The notes under the pieces are model-generated. The model searched no databases, was not told the origin of the DNA, and saw only the letters and a list, made by a program, of their open reading frames with translations. From Dehalococcoidia bacterium (GTDB lineage Bacteria > Chloroflexota > Dehalococcoidia > Lucifugimonadales > UBA3495), in assembly GCA_965207865.1 (NCBI GenBank), contig CBDBNP010000006.1:843147-907146 (forward strand): 64,000 nucleotides of DNA. Reading direction: 5' to 3'. Both the position numbers and the translations under genes were made by a program. Positions 1 to 8,811 of the stretch are shown piece after piece; within the stretch, counting starts at the first letter, position 1; each line of letters opens with the position of its first letter.

Positions 1-240
1 GAGTGCCGCCTGAACCAAATCGTCAACATCGGGGAGGGCCCCGGAGGGCACGGCCTCGTCATCGGCACCATCCTGCTGATGCACGTACGAGACGACATCA
101 TCAACGGCCACCGTATCAACCATCACCTGATGAAGCCTACGGGACGCCTGGCCGGCAGCATGTATTGCCACACCGCCGACACCTTCGAGCTGGTGCGCCC
201 GGTTTACGACCCAGAGACCACCGCTGCTATCAGCGGCTAG
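1..240 (+). CDS. flavin reductase-like FMN-binding domain protein, C-terminal part (5' end outside window)
   Basis: Frame 1 is open from the window edge to TAG 238-240 (...GHGLVIGTILLMHVRDDIINGHRINHHLMKPTGRLAGSMYCHTADTFELVRPVYDP...). It resembles the C-terminal end of NAD(P)H:flavin reductase domains. A hairpin terminator follows. Family call from memory. Confidence 0.55.
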   Translation, partial: ECRLNQIVNIGEGPGGHGLVIGTILLMHVRDDIINGHRINHHLMKPTGRLAGSMYCHTADTFELVRPVYDPETTAAISG

Positions 241-263
241 TTGCGGGCCATCTGGCCAACACG

Positions 264-297
264 AAAGGGGCGCACGATAATGCGCCCCTTTTACATT
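264..297 (+). terminator. intrinsic terminator-like hairpin
   Basis: AAGGGGCGCA-cgataa-TGCGCCCCTT followed by TTACATT, 24 nt after the stop at 240. Confidence 0.6.
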
Positions 298-458
298 CCG
301 CATAGTATTGCGAGGAAAACCGCAGCGCCAACCGGTACGACTACGCGCCAACGCCGAACGCCGATAGGCGAGACTCAAACGCGGGGGCAGGGTAGACCGC
401 GCGGGGACGGAGTGGGGGGTGCAGCTGGAGGAAGCGGAATCCGGGACAGGCGAGAGGG

Positions 459-1253
459 CTAGTAGGGGCTCGGCGGGCGCTTGGAGGGATCGTCCTCTCC
501 GTCGGTGCTTGTTTCGAGTTCCACGTCCGCTCCAAACATAGGACGGCCTTCGCCGGAGAAATCGGGCTCTGCCGACTCCGTGTAGCTGCCCGAAACACTG
601 GTTGCCTGCTCCACCCGGCCCGTATACACCTCTTCCTCGACGTCCGCTGGCTCGGGTGCCTCATCGGTGTAGCTGCCCGAACTACCGGAAACCGACTGCG
701 TCTCAGCTTCGACTTCCTCCTCGTCGGCCATCTCAGGCTCGAACTCGGAGTCCAAGTCAGCGTCATCAACTATGGCGTAATCAGAATCAGCGGCCTCGAA
801 CTCCTCATCGGCCTCACGGTCAACAAGGGTGGCGGTAGCGAACGAGACTCCCGACTGCTCGCCGTGATACTGCGCCAGCGCGTCCTCAAGGTGAGCACGA
901 AAAGCCCCTGGGTCGCGCATCATAAGCATCATCCGGCTTCCGGAGATCATTCGAATGCGCAGCCTCTCACCGAACGGCAGGGCCAGCAGTTCCACGTGAG
1001 AAATTTCGGCAAAGGAAACAACGCGGGTGCGGGGCATTCCATACACGACGACCATGGAGTCGCGGTACAGCAGAAACTGGCGCGGGGTGGTGAGCCAGCT
1101 GTAAGCGCCCATTACAACGCCAAGAATGACGAGAAGGTAGCCGCCGGACATGATGAAGCCCAGAACAATCACCACCAATGAAAAGATCAGCGTCAGATTC
1201 CACTTGGTGGCGTGCTGGTCCCAGTAGATGGGGGTTTCCTGCTGCTCTGCCAT
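459..1253 (-). CDS. membrane protein: two N-terminal TM helices, PH-like (bPH/DUF304-type) region, long Asp/Glu-rich tail
   Basis: 264-aa ORF. Hydrophobic segments LTLIFSLVVIVLGFIMSGGYLLVILGVVMGAY. C-terminal ~120 aa are extremely acidic (DEEFEAADSDYAIVDDADLDSEFEPEMADEEEVE...). Codon-position GC bias fits coding. Confidence 0.7.
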   Translation of the reverse strand: MAEQQETPIYWDQHATKWNLTLIFSLVVIVLGFIMSGGYLLVILGVVMGAYSWLTTPRQFLLYRDSMVVVYGMPRTRVVSFAEISHVELLALPFGERLRIRMISGSRMMLMMRDPGAFRAHLEDALAQYHGEQSGVSFATATLVDREADEEFEAADSDYAIVDDADLDSEFEPEMADEEEVEAETQSVSGSSGSYTDEAPEPADVEEEVYTGRVEQATSVSGSYTESAEPDFSGEGRPMFGADVELETSTDGEDDPSKRPPSPY

Positions 1254-1410
1254 GCCGGTATTTTAGCACACGAGAATTCGTCGCGCGCGCCGCTTTTGAC
1301 ATTCCCTTGCACCACTGATATGTTTCAACGCGGCAAGCGGAGACCCGTCCGGCAGGTAACATTTCAATAAGTAAGCCATCCCGGCTGAACCGACGGGAAT
1401 TCGCCCAGAA

Positions 1411-1959
1411 TTGCAGCAGGACAGGACCGTGAACGCAGACGCAAATCGCCCGGACAACTGGGCCCACCTGATAGTGCAGGCGTTGAAGGACTACGACACG
1501 TCGCTCATCGCCTATGTGCCGGACACCTCCATACACCGTGTCACCCGGATCATCGACCAGGACCCGTTCTTCCACCTGGTTTCGGCCACCCGCGAGGAGG
1601 AGGCCGTTGGAATCGCCGTCGGCTCCTATGCCGCGGGCCGCAACGCCGCCGTCTTCATGCAGACCAGCGGTTTCGGGAACAGCATCAACGCGCTGGCCAG
1701 CCTGTGTATTCCGGCCAGGGCTCCCATCCCGTTCTTCATCAACATGCGGGGCGGCACCGGGGAGTTCAACATATCGCAGGTCCCCATGGGCCGGACCACG
1801 GTGCCCATCCTCGATATGTTTGGGATCGTGAGCTACACCATCGAGGACGAATACCGCATGGACAACCTGCTGGACGGCGCCATGAAGCTGTGCTACGCCA
1901 ATCGGCAGCCGGTGGCCGTATGCCTCACCCAGAGGCTGCACGGAGGTAAGTTTGCGTAG
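1411..1959 (+). CDS. comD: sulfopyruvate/phosphonopyruvate decarboxylase family, alpha (N-terminal TPP-enzyme) subunit
   Basis: 182 aa with ...YVPDTSIHRVT...ATREEEAVGIAVGSYAAGRNAAVFMQTSGFGNSINALASL..., typical of the ComD-type pyrimidine-binding half. Overlaps the beta subunit gene by 8 nt. Confidence 0.65.
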   Translation: MQQDRTVNADANRPDNWAHLIVQALKDYDTSLIAYVPDTSIHRVTRIIDQDPFFHLVSATREEEAVGIAVGSYAAGRNAAVFMQTSGFGNSINALASLCIPARAPIPFFINMRGGTGEFNISQVPMGRTTVPILDMFGIVSYTIEDEYRMDNLLDGAMKLCYANRQPVAVCLTQRLHGGKFA

Positions 1960-2530
1960 GTTCGACGCTATAGAACTGGTGTTGCGGCTGGCCGAAGACC
2001 GGCCCATCGTGGGAAACCTGGGTCCCACATCAGACGAGCTCTGGCACGCGGGGCATCGGGACAGGAATTTCTACACATACGGCAACATGGGGCTTGTTTC
2101 GTCCCTCGGCCTGGGCATGGCCCTGGCCACAGACGAACAGATCATCTGTATGGACGGGGACGGCTCGCTTCTCATGAACCTGGGCTCCCTGGCGTCCATC
2201 GGCCGGGAGCGACCCAAGAACCTGATAGTCCTGGTGTATGACAACGAGGAATGGGGCCAGACGGGTCACCAGGTGAGTCACACCGGCACCGGCACAAGCC
2301 TGGAGGCTGCGGCCCTGGCCTGCGGCATCACCAGCACATCCACGGTCAACGACCTGGAGGAACTGGAGGGCGCGTTGTCCAACGCCCTTGACACCGATGG
2401 GCCGCATTTCATAGTCGCCAAGATCGAGGAGGCGGGTTACCTGCCCGTCGCCCCGGTGGAGCCCGAGTTCACCCTCTACCGTTTCCGCAACACCTTCGTC
2501 GAAGGCCAGCAACCTCAGCCGCCGCGCTAA
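1952..2530 (+). CDS. comE: sulfopyruvate/phosphonopyruvate decarboxylase family, beta (TPP-binding) subunit
   Basis: 192 aa with the TPP-binding motif region GNMGLVSSLGLGMALA...ICMDGDGSLLMNLGSLASI...LVYDNEEWGQTG. Translationally coupled to the upstream subunit. Confidence 0.65.
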   Translation: MRRFDAIELVLRLAEDRPIVGNLGPTSDELWHAGHRDRNFYTYGNMGLVSSLGLGMALATDEQIICMDGDGSLLMNLGSLASIGRERPKNLIVLVYDNEEWGQTGHQVSHTGTGTSLEAAALACGITSTSTVNDLEELEGALSNALDTDGPHFIVAKIEEAGYLPVAPVEPEFTLYRFRNTFVEGQQPQPPR

Positions 2531-2841
2531 TGTCGGGGCGCCAGGTGTGCGGCCATCAGGCAGAGGTCGATATGGCAACGCAGGAAACAGAGGGCCTGCC
2601 CGGCATAACACTTCGGGACATTACCCGCAGTTTAGGTTGACTGGGAAGCCACGCCGAGCAAAGGGACCCGGCCCGACGGTCGGATGGAGGCCCGGCTAGA
2701 CTGAATTGACGAGCGCCTAGACTGCTTGTTCCTGACGGTAATCGGAATAAGCGCCACTATGATCGGAGGAGTGGTTACCGTCTTGGTCAAGTTGTTTGAC
2801 GGGTAGAATGAAACGTCATAAAGAGTTCATCCCGCCGAACG

Positions 2842-2873
2842 GCCTCCCAGCATTTCTGGGAGGCTTTCTTTAT
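2842..2873 (+). terminator. orphan intrinsic terminator-like hairpin in a 440-bp intergenic region
   Basis: GCCTCCCAG-cattt-CTGGGAGGC followed by TTTCTTTAT. It lies ~310 nt downstream of the comE-like stop, so it may end an unannotated short transcript. Confidence 0.5.
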
Positions 2874-2969
2874 GAGACCCGACGCCAATTGGATTTTCCG
2901 ATGCGAAAATGGTCTCCCGCTTTGGGTTAAAATGGGTTCAAGTCGCTATTGGCACCAGCGGAGTGCACC

Positions 2970-3749
2970 ATGACCACACAATCCACAACCGGCCACACCC
3001 GAGTTCCGTCCGATGTAGGCGAAATCGACGACCTGAGCATCATATACCCATCATCGGACGGCGAACCAATGGCCGAAAGCGACTGGCAGTACGTACCCCT
3101 GACCGAGACCGTCTCCACTTTGCGCGTATGGTTCCAGGACCGTCCTGACGTCTACGTCGCGGGCGACATGCTGGTTTACTACCGGATGAACGACAACCTG
3201 ACGAGAGTGGCGCCGGATGTCTACGCAGTCTTCGGAGTGTCGGGCAACCACCGCCGGGATTCCTGGATTGTCTGGCGTGAGGGAAAGGCGCCGGACTTCG
3301 TCCTGGAAATCGCATCGCACAGCACGTGGCAGAGGGACGTTAACGAGAAGCGCTCGATCTACGCTGACATGGGCGTAACCGAGTACTGGCGTTTTGACCC
3401 CACCGGCGAGTGCTTCACCCCCGCGCTGGCCGCCGAGCGACTGGTCAAGGGGGAGTACACCCTAATGTCGCTGACCGAGGATAGCGAGGGCGTCATCAGC
3501 TGCCACAGCGAAGTCCTGGGACTGGATATTTGTGTGCTGCCCAGTCTGGAGTTCCGGCTCTATGACCCGGCCACCGGCCTGCGGCTCCGCAATCACCGGG
3601 AAGATGCAGCGGCCAGTCAAGCCGCAGAGGCGGCCCTCCATGTGGCGGAGACAGCCCATCAAGCGGCTGAGGCAGCCCGCCAGGCGGCTGAGGCCGAGAA
3701 TCGCGACTTGCGCGAAAGGCTGCGAGCATTGGAACCTGATAGCAAGTAA
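2970..3749 (+). CDS. Uma2 family (DUF820) endonuclease-like protein with C-terminal coiled-coil tail
   Basis: ORF 2949..3749, likely ATG at 2970. Motifs ...YPSSDGEPMAESDWQY...PDVYV..DMLVYY...APDVYAVFGV...WREGKAPDFVLEIAS....D...K...YA..GV.EYW.FDP match the Uma2 PD-(D/E)xK pattern. Confidence 0.75.
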   Translation: MTTQSTTGHTRVPSDVGEIDDLSIIYPSSDGEPMAESDWQYVPLTETVSTLRVWFQDRPDVYVAGDMLVYYRMNDNLTRVAPDVYAVFGVSGNHRRDSWIVWREGKAPDFVLEIASHSTWQRDVNEKRSIYADMGVTEYWRFDPTGECFTPALAAERLVKGEYTLMSLTEDSEGVISCHSEVLGLDICVLPSLEFRLYDPATGLRLRNHREDAAASQAAEAALHVAETAHQAAEAARQAAEAENRDLRERLRALEPDSK

Positions 3750-3808
3750 CTCCCATAGCCCCGGCACTGTCGAACCGGTCGGAGCGGGAAGCTGGCAAGC
3801 AGGAAGCA

Positions 3809-3837
3809 CGAAGGGCGGGAATAAATCCCGCCCTTCG
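3809..3837. terminator. hairpin between convergent genes
   Basis: 12-bp perfect stem CGAAGGGCGGGA-ataaa-TCCCGCCCTTCG between the stops at 3749 (+) and 3862 (-). Confidence 0.55.
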
Positions 3838-3861
3838 TATTGTCTCCCGATGGAGCCTGGT

Positions 3862-4632
3862 CTAGCTCTTGACGTACTGGTTGAACCAGCCGAGCGTGCG
3901 CTGGAAGGCGTCGGCGGCTGCGTCCTCACGGTAGTCGGGGCGCTCGTTGCAGTTGAACCCGTGCCCGGCGCCGGAGTACATCTTGAAATCGTGGGTGACG
4001 CCAGCGGCCTTCAGGGCTTCCTCGATCTGGGCCACATCAGCCGGGGTGGGGTTGGCATCGTCCTCCCCGAAGTTGCCCATCACCGGGATGGTGTTGGCGG
4101 AAGTCCGCTCGATGGGGGCGGGGCCGTCGCCAAACGGCACCAGGATGCGGCCACCGTAGTACACGGAGGCGGCGCTCAATCCGGAGCAGCTGGTGGCGGC
4201 GAGGTAGGTGATCCGCCCGCCGACGCAATAGCCGACGATGCCGATCTTGTTGCCGCGGGTGCGCTGGTAGCGGTTCTGCAGGTAGTCGACAGTTACGTTG
4301 ATGTCCTCGATGAGCTCTTCGTCGTTCAGGGCGCCCATGTACTGTTGCACCTGCGGCATCTGGTCGTAGCCCAGCTTGGCATTGGGGTGCTGGCGATGGT
4401 AGAGCGACGGCGCGACGGCGACATATCCCTGCTGAGCGTACTGATCACACACCTGCTCGATGTGCCGTGTTACGCCAAAGGCCTCCATCACGACGATAAT
4501 GGCCGGGAAGCTGTTGCCTTCCGACGGGGCGGGATGGCTGACGTAGGTGGCCATATCCTGGCCTTGAGCTCCGCTCAGGGCATCCATCTCCCGCTCGCCG
4601 GCGAATCTGATGTTCTCCCAGAATGATGGCAT
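3862..4632 (-). CDS. dienelactone hydrolase family protein
   Basis: ORF to 4650, but the ATG at 4632 is preceded by AGGAGGAG. The sequence has ...AIIVVMEAFGV..HI..VCD.YA..GY.A.AP.LY... and the nucleophile region IGIVGYCVGG, plus a C-terminal GAGHGF. Confidence 0.8.
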   Translation of the reverse strand: MPSFWENIRFAGEREMDALSGAQGQDMATYVSHPAPSEGNSFPAIIVVMEAFGVTRHIEQVCDQYAQQGYVAVAPSLYHRQHPNAKLGYDQMPQVQQYMGALNDEELIEDINVTVDYLQNRYQRTRGNKIGIVGYCVGGRITYLAATSCSGLSAASVYYGGRILVPFGDGPAPIERTSANTIPVMGNFGEDDANPTPADVAQIEEALKAAGVTHDFKMYSGAGHGFNCNERPDYREDAAADAFQRTLGWFNQYVKS

Positions 4633-5202
4633 TGAACTCCTCCTGTTCACTGTCCGTAAATCAAGGCCTGTGAATCGGGGGTTGGGCTCAACCCTATGCT
4701 TAAGACCGCAAAGGCGGGGGCCACGGTCTCATTGGGTTTCCGCCACTGTTTCTCAGGCCGGTTGCCAAGGGATTTTAGCAGATATGCCAAGGCGGGAATA
4801 GTTGACGGCTCACGCCTTCCGGAGCCTTCTCGTTTGCAGAGGAAATTCCTCTCGAGCCGGGATAGGGTCAGGTTAGGGCGTCACCATGCTGGCAGGGATG
4901 AAGCGTGGCAGATGGGCAGTCCAACAGTTCCAAGACGCATTTGGACATCTCACGCCTTTAGAGCAGGCGTCCCTGAACGTCTACTGGCGCAATCTATCGT
5001 TTTTATTGCCTTCTCGGAAGCCCGGAATTTCTTGATCCAGAACGCTCCGTGAGTGTGCTCGTAGCAATCCCATATGACTCAACCTGTGCCCAGAACCGCA
5101 TGCTATCATTGGCCCTGCCACGTTCCGTGGTGCTGCCCAAACTTGGCGTCAACCACAATCCGGAATCTGGCCACAATATTTCCAGTCGCAACCGAGGCGG
5201 AT

Positions 5203-5877
5203 GTGTCCAACGCGCTATTCATTGCTTTCGAGGGTGGCGAGGGCTCGGGCAAGAGCACTCAGGCCGAGCGACTCCTCCAGCGACTCTCGGAAACCGGACA
5301 CCGGGCCATTATGGTCAGGGAGCCCGGCACCACCACCCTTGGCCTCTATCTGCGCGAATACCTGAAGAGCAAACGCCCGCTGACCCTCGAATCGGAGTTG
5401 CTGCTCTTTGCGGCGGCGAGAGCCCAGCTCGTGGCCGAGGAAATCGAGCCCGCCCTGGAGAGGGGCATCACCGTGGTCGCCGACCGTTACACCGGCTCCA
5501 CGGTGGCTTACCAGGGATTCGGCCGAGGCATCAGGCGCGATGTGATCGATTACCTCAACGACTATGTCACAGGCGGCCTGGTTCCCGACATCACCTTCCT
5601 GCTGGACACCGAACCCGCCGAGGGTCTGGAGCGAGTCGGCTCACCCCAGATGCAGATGGCCCTGATGCCTGAGGACACCGTTGACGTAGGCCGCGCCGAC
5701 CTGGCGGAACAGCGCCGCTTCGAGGACCAGGCCGTGGGATTCCACAATCGGGTGCGTCGCGGCTACCTGGAGCTGGCCAGGACAGCCCCGGGATGGCAAA
5801 TTGTTGACGCCCGCCTGCCCATAGAGGAGTTGTCTGACCAGGTATGGGATGCGGTGGCGCAGATTCTGCCCGATTAG
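5203..5877 (+). CDS. tmk: dTMP (thymidylate) kinase
   Basis: P-loop FIAFEGGEGSGKSTQ, then REPGTT, DRY..ST.AYQG. The track ORF starts at 5074, but GTG 5203 with GAGG 5 nt upstream gives a typical ~224-aa Tmk. Confidence 0.85.
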   Translation: MSNALFIAFEGGEGSGKSTQAERLLQRLSETGHRAIMVREPGTTTLGLYLREYLKSKRPLTLESELLLFAAARAQLVAEEIEPALERGITVVADRYTGSTVAYQGFGRGIRRDVIDYLNDYVTGGLVPDITFLLDTEPAEGLERVGSPQMQMALMPEDTVDVGRADLAEQRRFEDQAVGFHNRVRRGYLELARTAPGWQIVDARLPIEELSDQVWDAVAQILPD

Positions 5878-5929
5878 TCCCCCGACGACGTTTCCTCCAC
5901 GGCCACGGCCCTATCCCAAGTCAAAGAAT

Positions 5930-5955
5930 AAACCCCTCCTAATCAGGAGGGGTTT
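5930..5955. terminator. bidirectional hairpin between convergent tmk and selW-like genes
   Basis: AAACCCCTCCT-aatc-AGGAGGGGTTT, with a T-rich run on the minus-strand side. Confidence 0.55.
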
Positions 5956-5998
5956 CAATTCACTTACCGCGCTCGACTGACGGAGGGTTCAGTGCTTG

Positions 5999-6283
5999 CT
6001 AGTCGTCTGCGGCTACCAGGTCGGCCTGCTCAATCTTCTCGCGGACATGCGCCAGCATCTTGCGGACGCGACCCAGATCGGGGAAGACATTGCCCTCGCC
6101 CTTCTTGTCAAAGATCCGCTCGCCGTCCACGAACACTTCCATGATGCTCTGGCCGCGGGGAGAGATGGCCACCGCTGCGTCGGGTCCGAAATGCCGGAAA
6201 AACTCGTTCGCCATCCACGTGGCGGTTCCGAGATGCTGTCAACTGACGCAGTAGGTAATCTCGATCTGTACTTTGCCTTCCAT
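5999..6283 (-). CDS. SelW/Rdx-family thioredoxin-fold selenoprotein (CxxU), UGA-Sec at codon 15
   Basis: ATG 6283 (GGAGG 6 nt upstream) reads MEGKVQIEITYCVS-TGA(6241..6239)-QHLGTATW and continues in frame into the 71-aa track ORF (MANEFFRHFG...VFVDGERIFDKK...FP). The C-x-x-U position and the downstream pattern match Rdx/SelW-like proteins. Confidence 0.7.
6203..6232 (-). promoter_or_regulatory. SECIS-like stem-loop downstream of the in-frame UGA
   Basis: mRNA: UGA-CAGCAU-CUCG-GAAC-CGCCA-(CGUGGA)-UGGCG-AA-CGAG. Two stems (4 bp + 5 bp) with an internal loop and a G-containing apical loop, starting 6 nt after UGA. Confidence 0.5.
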
Positions 6284-6409
6284 CGGTTTCCTCCGAAGGA
6301 TTCAGGATGACGCTAGTGTACCTTTCCCCGGTGAAGGGTGCAAGTGATTTCTTGCACAATACCGCGCGCCTCGTCCGCAGTACGAATACACCCTGTCTCC
6401 AGGCCAAAC

Positions 6410-8092
6410 TCACACCCGGTAGAACATCACCGCCCGTTCGGGCTCACGGCCCTGACTTACCGATGCCACGTTGTACCTCTGGCCCAGCATGTGCTGCAGC
6501 CGGCGGATGTGGGACCGTTGCGGCGCCAGCTTGACCGTCATCTCCCCGCCCAACACCCGGTTGGCGGCCTCCTCAGCCTCCTCCATGGCCCGCTCGATAT
6601 TTGGCCCCTGCGGCCTCTCTTCCGGCTCCGGAGCTGCCCGGCCTCCGTGGCGATTCCACTGGCCCACCACGGTGCGCAGGAAGTCCTGCAGCTGGGGCAG
6701 CGAGTTTTTTCGCAGCACGAACACCGGCTTGCCATTGGCCTCTGCGATCCTCACCAGCTGCGATCCACGGCGGTAGTGCGTCTTGGTGGTTAGCACAAGG
6801 TCGGCGCGGCGCAACTCGTTCACGATCTGTGCTGGCACGCCGGACTCGACCATTGCACCCTCCAGCTTGTCCCGCCCGACGCCGAACAGGAAGACGCGCA
6901 CCTCGGATACCATGGCCGCCTCTTCCTCGGACATTTCGCCCATGGGCCGGGGCAGGCGCGGAGTGGGGGAGCCGCGTTCGTGCTCCCGGTTGCCTCCCCG
7001 GCGACGCTCCTGTCCCGGCTCGCGGCCGTTGCGCCGCCCCTCGGGCTGCCACGGTGCTGGGGCATCCTCGTTGGTCCGGTACTCCTCCTCGGCCCGTTGC
7101 ACTTCGCCATTCTCGTCAATCCAGCGGAGCTCCGGGACGATGGGGTAACCGCGCAGCCACTGGTCGACCACGTGGGCAACGTCGCTGTGGACGGCCAGCC
7201 GTTCCCAGCTCTGGATCTCGCAGACCACGTCGAAAGTGGGCGGCGCCTTGCGCTCCAGCACGGTTTTCTGGGTGCCTCGGTAGCGGGCCTCCTGGTCGCC
7301 CAGCGTAACCGTCTGGATACCTCCCACGAGGTCCGAAAGCGTGGGATTCATAATCAGGTTGTCCAGCGTGTTGCCGTGGGCCGTCGCGATGAGCTGAACG
7401 CCGCGCTCGGCGATGGTGCGGGCGGCGGCGGCCTCCTGCTCGGCCCCCATTTCGTCGATGACCACGGCCTCGGGCATGTGGTTCTCCACCGCCTCGATCA
7501 TAACGCCGTGCTGCTGCAGCGGGGTCCGGACCTGCATCCGCCGGGCCCGTCCTATGGCCGGGTGGGGGACATCGCCGTCGCCTGCGATTTCGTTCGACGT
7601 ATCAACGATCACCACGCGCTTGTTTGCCGAGACGGAGAGAACGCGCGCCATTTCCCGCAGCATGGTCGTCTTGCCTACTCCGGGCCGCCCCAGCAGCAGG
7701 ATGTTCTTGCCGGAAAAGGCCAAGTCTTCGATCATCTTGATGGTGCCGAAGACGGCTCGGCCCACGCGGCAAGTCAGCCCGATAATTCGACCGCGGCGGT
7801 TGCGGATGGCGGAGATTCGGTGCAGCGTGCGCTCGATCCCTGCCCTGTTGTCATCGCCAAACTCGCCCAGGCGGTCGATCACTCCCTGCAGGTCGTCAGC
7901 GTCGACCTCCTGGTCGCTGAGCGACGCGTCTCCGGAGACGAAACGTGCCTCCGGTTCACGTCCGAGGTCGAGGACGACCTCCAGCAGTTCCCCCAGATCC
8001 TCCCGCTGCCTGAGGGCCGACGAAACCCGGTAAGGCAGCACATTCAGCACCAGCTCCAACTCTTCCCGCACAGCCTCTTGCACTGTCGCCAA
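6410..8092 (-). CDS. AAA+/P-loop ATPase with C-terminal R3H nucleic-acid-binding domain (SpoIIIAA / Ycf45-like)
   Basis: 560 aa. Walker A LLGRPGVGKTT, Walker B AVVIDEMG, ATAHG sensor region, basic linker, and an R3H-like tail ...LAPQRSHIRRLQHMLGQRYNVASVSQGREPERAVMFY. Confidence 0.75.
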   Translation of the reverse strand: MATVQEAVREELELVLNVLPYRVSSALRQREDLGELLEVVLDLGREPEARFVSGDASLSDQEVDADDLQGVIDRLGEFGDDNRAGIERTLHRISAIRNRRGRIIGLTCRVGRAVFGTIKMIEDLAFSGKNILLLGRPGVGKTTMLREMARVLSVSANKRVVIVDTSNEIAGDGDVPHPAIGRARRMQVRTPLQQHGVMIEAVENHMPEAVVIDEMGAEQEAAAARTIAERGVQLIATAHGNTLDNLIMNPTLSDLVGGIQTVTLGDQEARYRGTQKTVLERKAPPTFDVVCEIQSWERLAVHSDVAHVVDQWLRGYPIVPELRWIDENGEVQRAEEEYRTNEDAPAPWQPEGRRNGREPGQERRRGGNREHERGSPTPRLPRPMGEMSEEEAAMVSEVRVFLFGVGRDKLEGAMVESGVPAQIVNELRRADLVLTTKTHYRRGSQLVRIAEANGKPVFVLRKNSLPQLQDFLRTVVGQWNRHGGRAAPEPEERPQGPNIERAMEEAEEAANRVLGGEMTVKLAPQRSHIRRLQHMLGQRYNVASVSQGREPERAVMFYRV

Positions 8093-8189
8093 TATCGCTC
8101 CTCCACCCGGAAAGTCTTTGTCCTGTAACGGTCAGGATGCCTTCAGAGGAGATACCCGTAACCTATTGTACGGGTGATGTTTCAGAAAT

Positions 8190-8786
8190 TCATTGGACAA
8201 GTCCACAGAAATACTGGTGAACGCGGGTATCCCGGGTGAGCTCGGGATGAAAGGATGTTGCCAGCAGGTTGCCCTGTCGTACTGCGACGGGACGGCCGTC
8301 ATCGAGACTTGCCAACACGTCGACGGAGTCGCCAATTCGAATGACCACGGGAGCGCGGATGAAAATGCAGTTGTAGGGTTCCTCGGACAGGGGAGAGATT
8401 TGCAGTTCCTGCTCGAAGCTGTCCACCTGCCGACCGAAGGCGTTGCGGCGCACGCCAATGTCCATGATGCCCAGGGGAACGGGGTCCTGCTCGGTGATTT
8501 CGTTGGCCAGCATTATCATGCCAGCGCAGGTGCCCCACACCGGGTGGCCTTCCGCTGCCATGCGGGCGATGGGCTCGCGGAGGTTGTACAAGGACATCAG
8601 GCGGCTGAGGGTGGTGCTCTCACCGCCGGGAATAATCAATCCGTCCAGAGCTTCCAGCTGCTCCGGCAACCTGACCTCGCTGGCCTCCACATCAATGCTG
8701 CGGAGGATCGCGATGTGTTCCGCAAAGTCGCCCTGTACCGCTAATACGCCAATGTTCAATTCGTTATGCCGCTGGCCCCGCTGCAC
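8190..8786 (-). CDS. pdxT: pyridoxal 5'-phosphate synthase glutaminase subunit
   Basis: IGVLAVQGDF.EH...L, GLIIPGGESTT, catalytic GTCAGMI, C-terminal ATSFHPELT. The start (GTG 8786 or TTG 8759) is uncertain. Confidence 0.9.
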   Translation of the reverse strand: MQRGQRHNELNIGVLAVQGDFAEHIAILRSIDVEASEVRLPEQLEALDGLIIPGGESTTLSRLMSLYNLREPIARMAAEGHPVWGTCAGMIMLANEITEQDPVPLGIMDIGVRRNAFGRQVDSFEQELQISPLSEEPYNCIFIRAPVVIRIGDSVDVLASLDDGRPVAVRQGNLLATSFHPELTRDTRVHQYFCGLVQ

Positions 8787-8811
8787 TGGTGAATGAAGGT
8801 GGGTCCCGCCA

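Noticed and set aside
967-2028. 353-aa minus-strand ORF overlapping comD/comE and the 459..1253 gene
   Set aside because: Antisense to genes with clear family motifs. The product is Arg/Gly/Pro/His-rich with no motif. Typical high-GC shadow ORF.
4651-5202. Possible cobalamin riboswitch in the long DLH-tmk intergenic region (contains CCGCCACTGT, reminiscent of the conserved GCCACUG core, and GTGAATC)
   Set aside because: I could not find a convincing B12 box or the surrounding conserved helices. The downstream gene (tmk) is not a known B12-regulated function. An Infernal/Rfam scan would be needed. The 118-aa ORF 4696..5052 here also looks non-coding.
6980-8128. 382-aa plus-strand ORF (and 6601..7308, 7413..8033) over the AAA-R3H gene
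   Set aside because: Antisense or out of frame to a gene with Walker A/B and R3H motifs. Low-complexity Arg/Pro/Ala composition.
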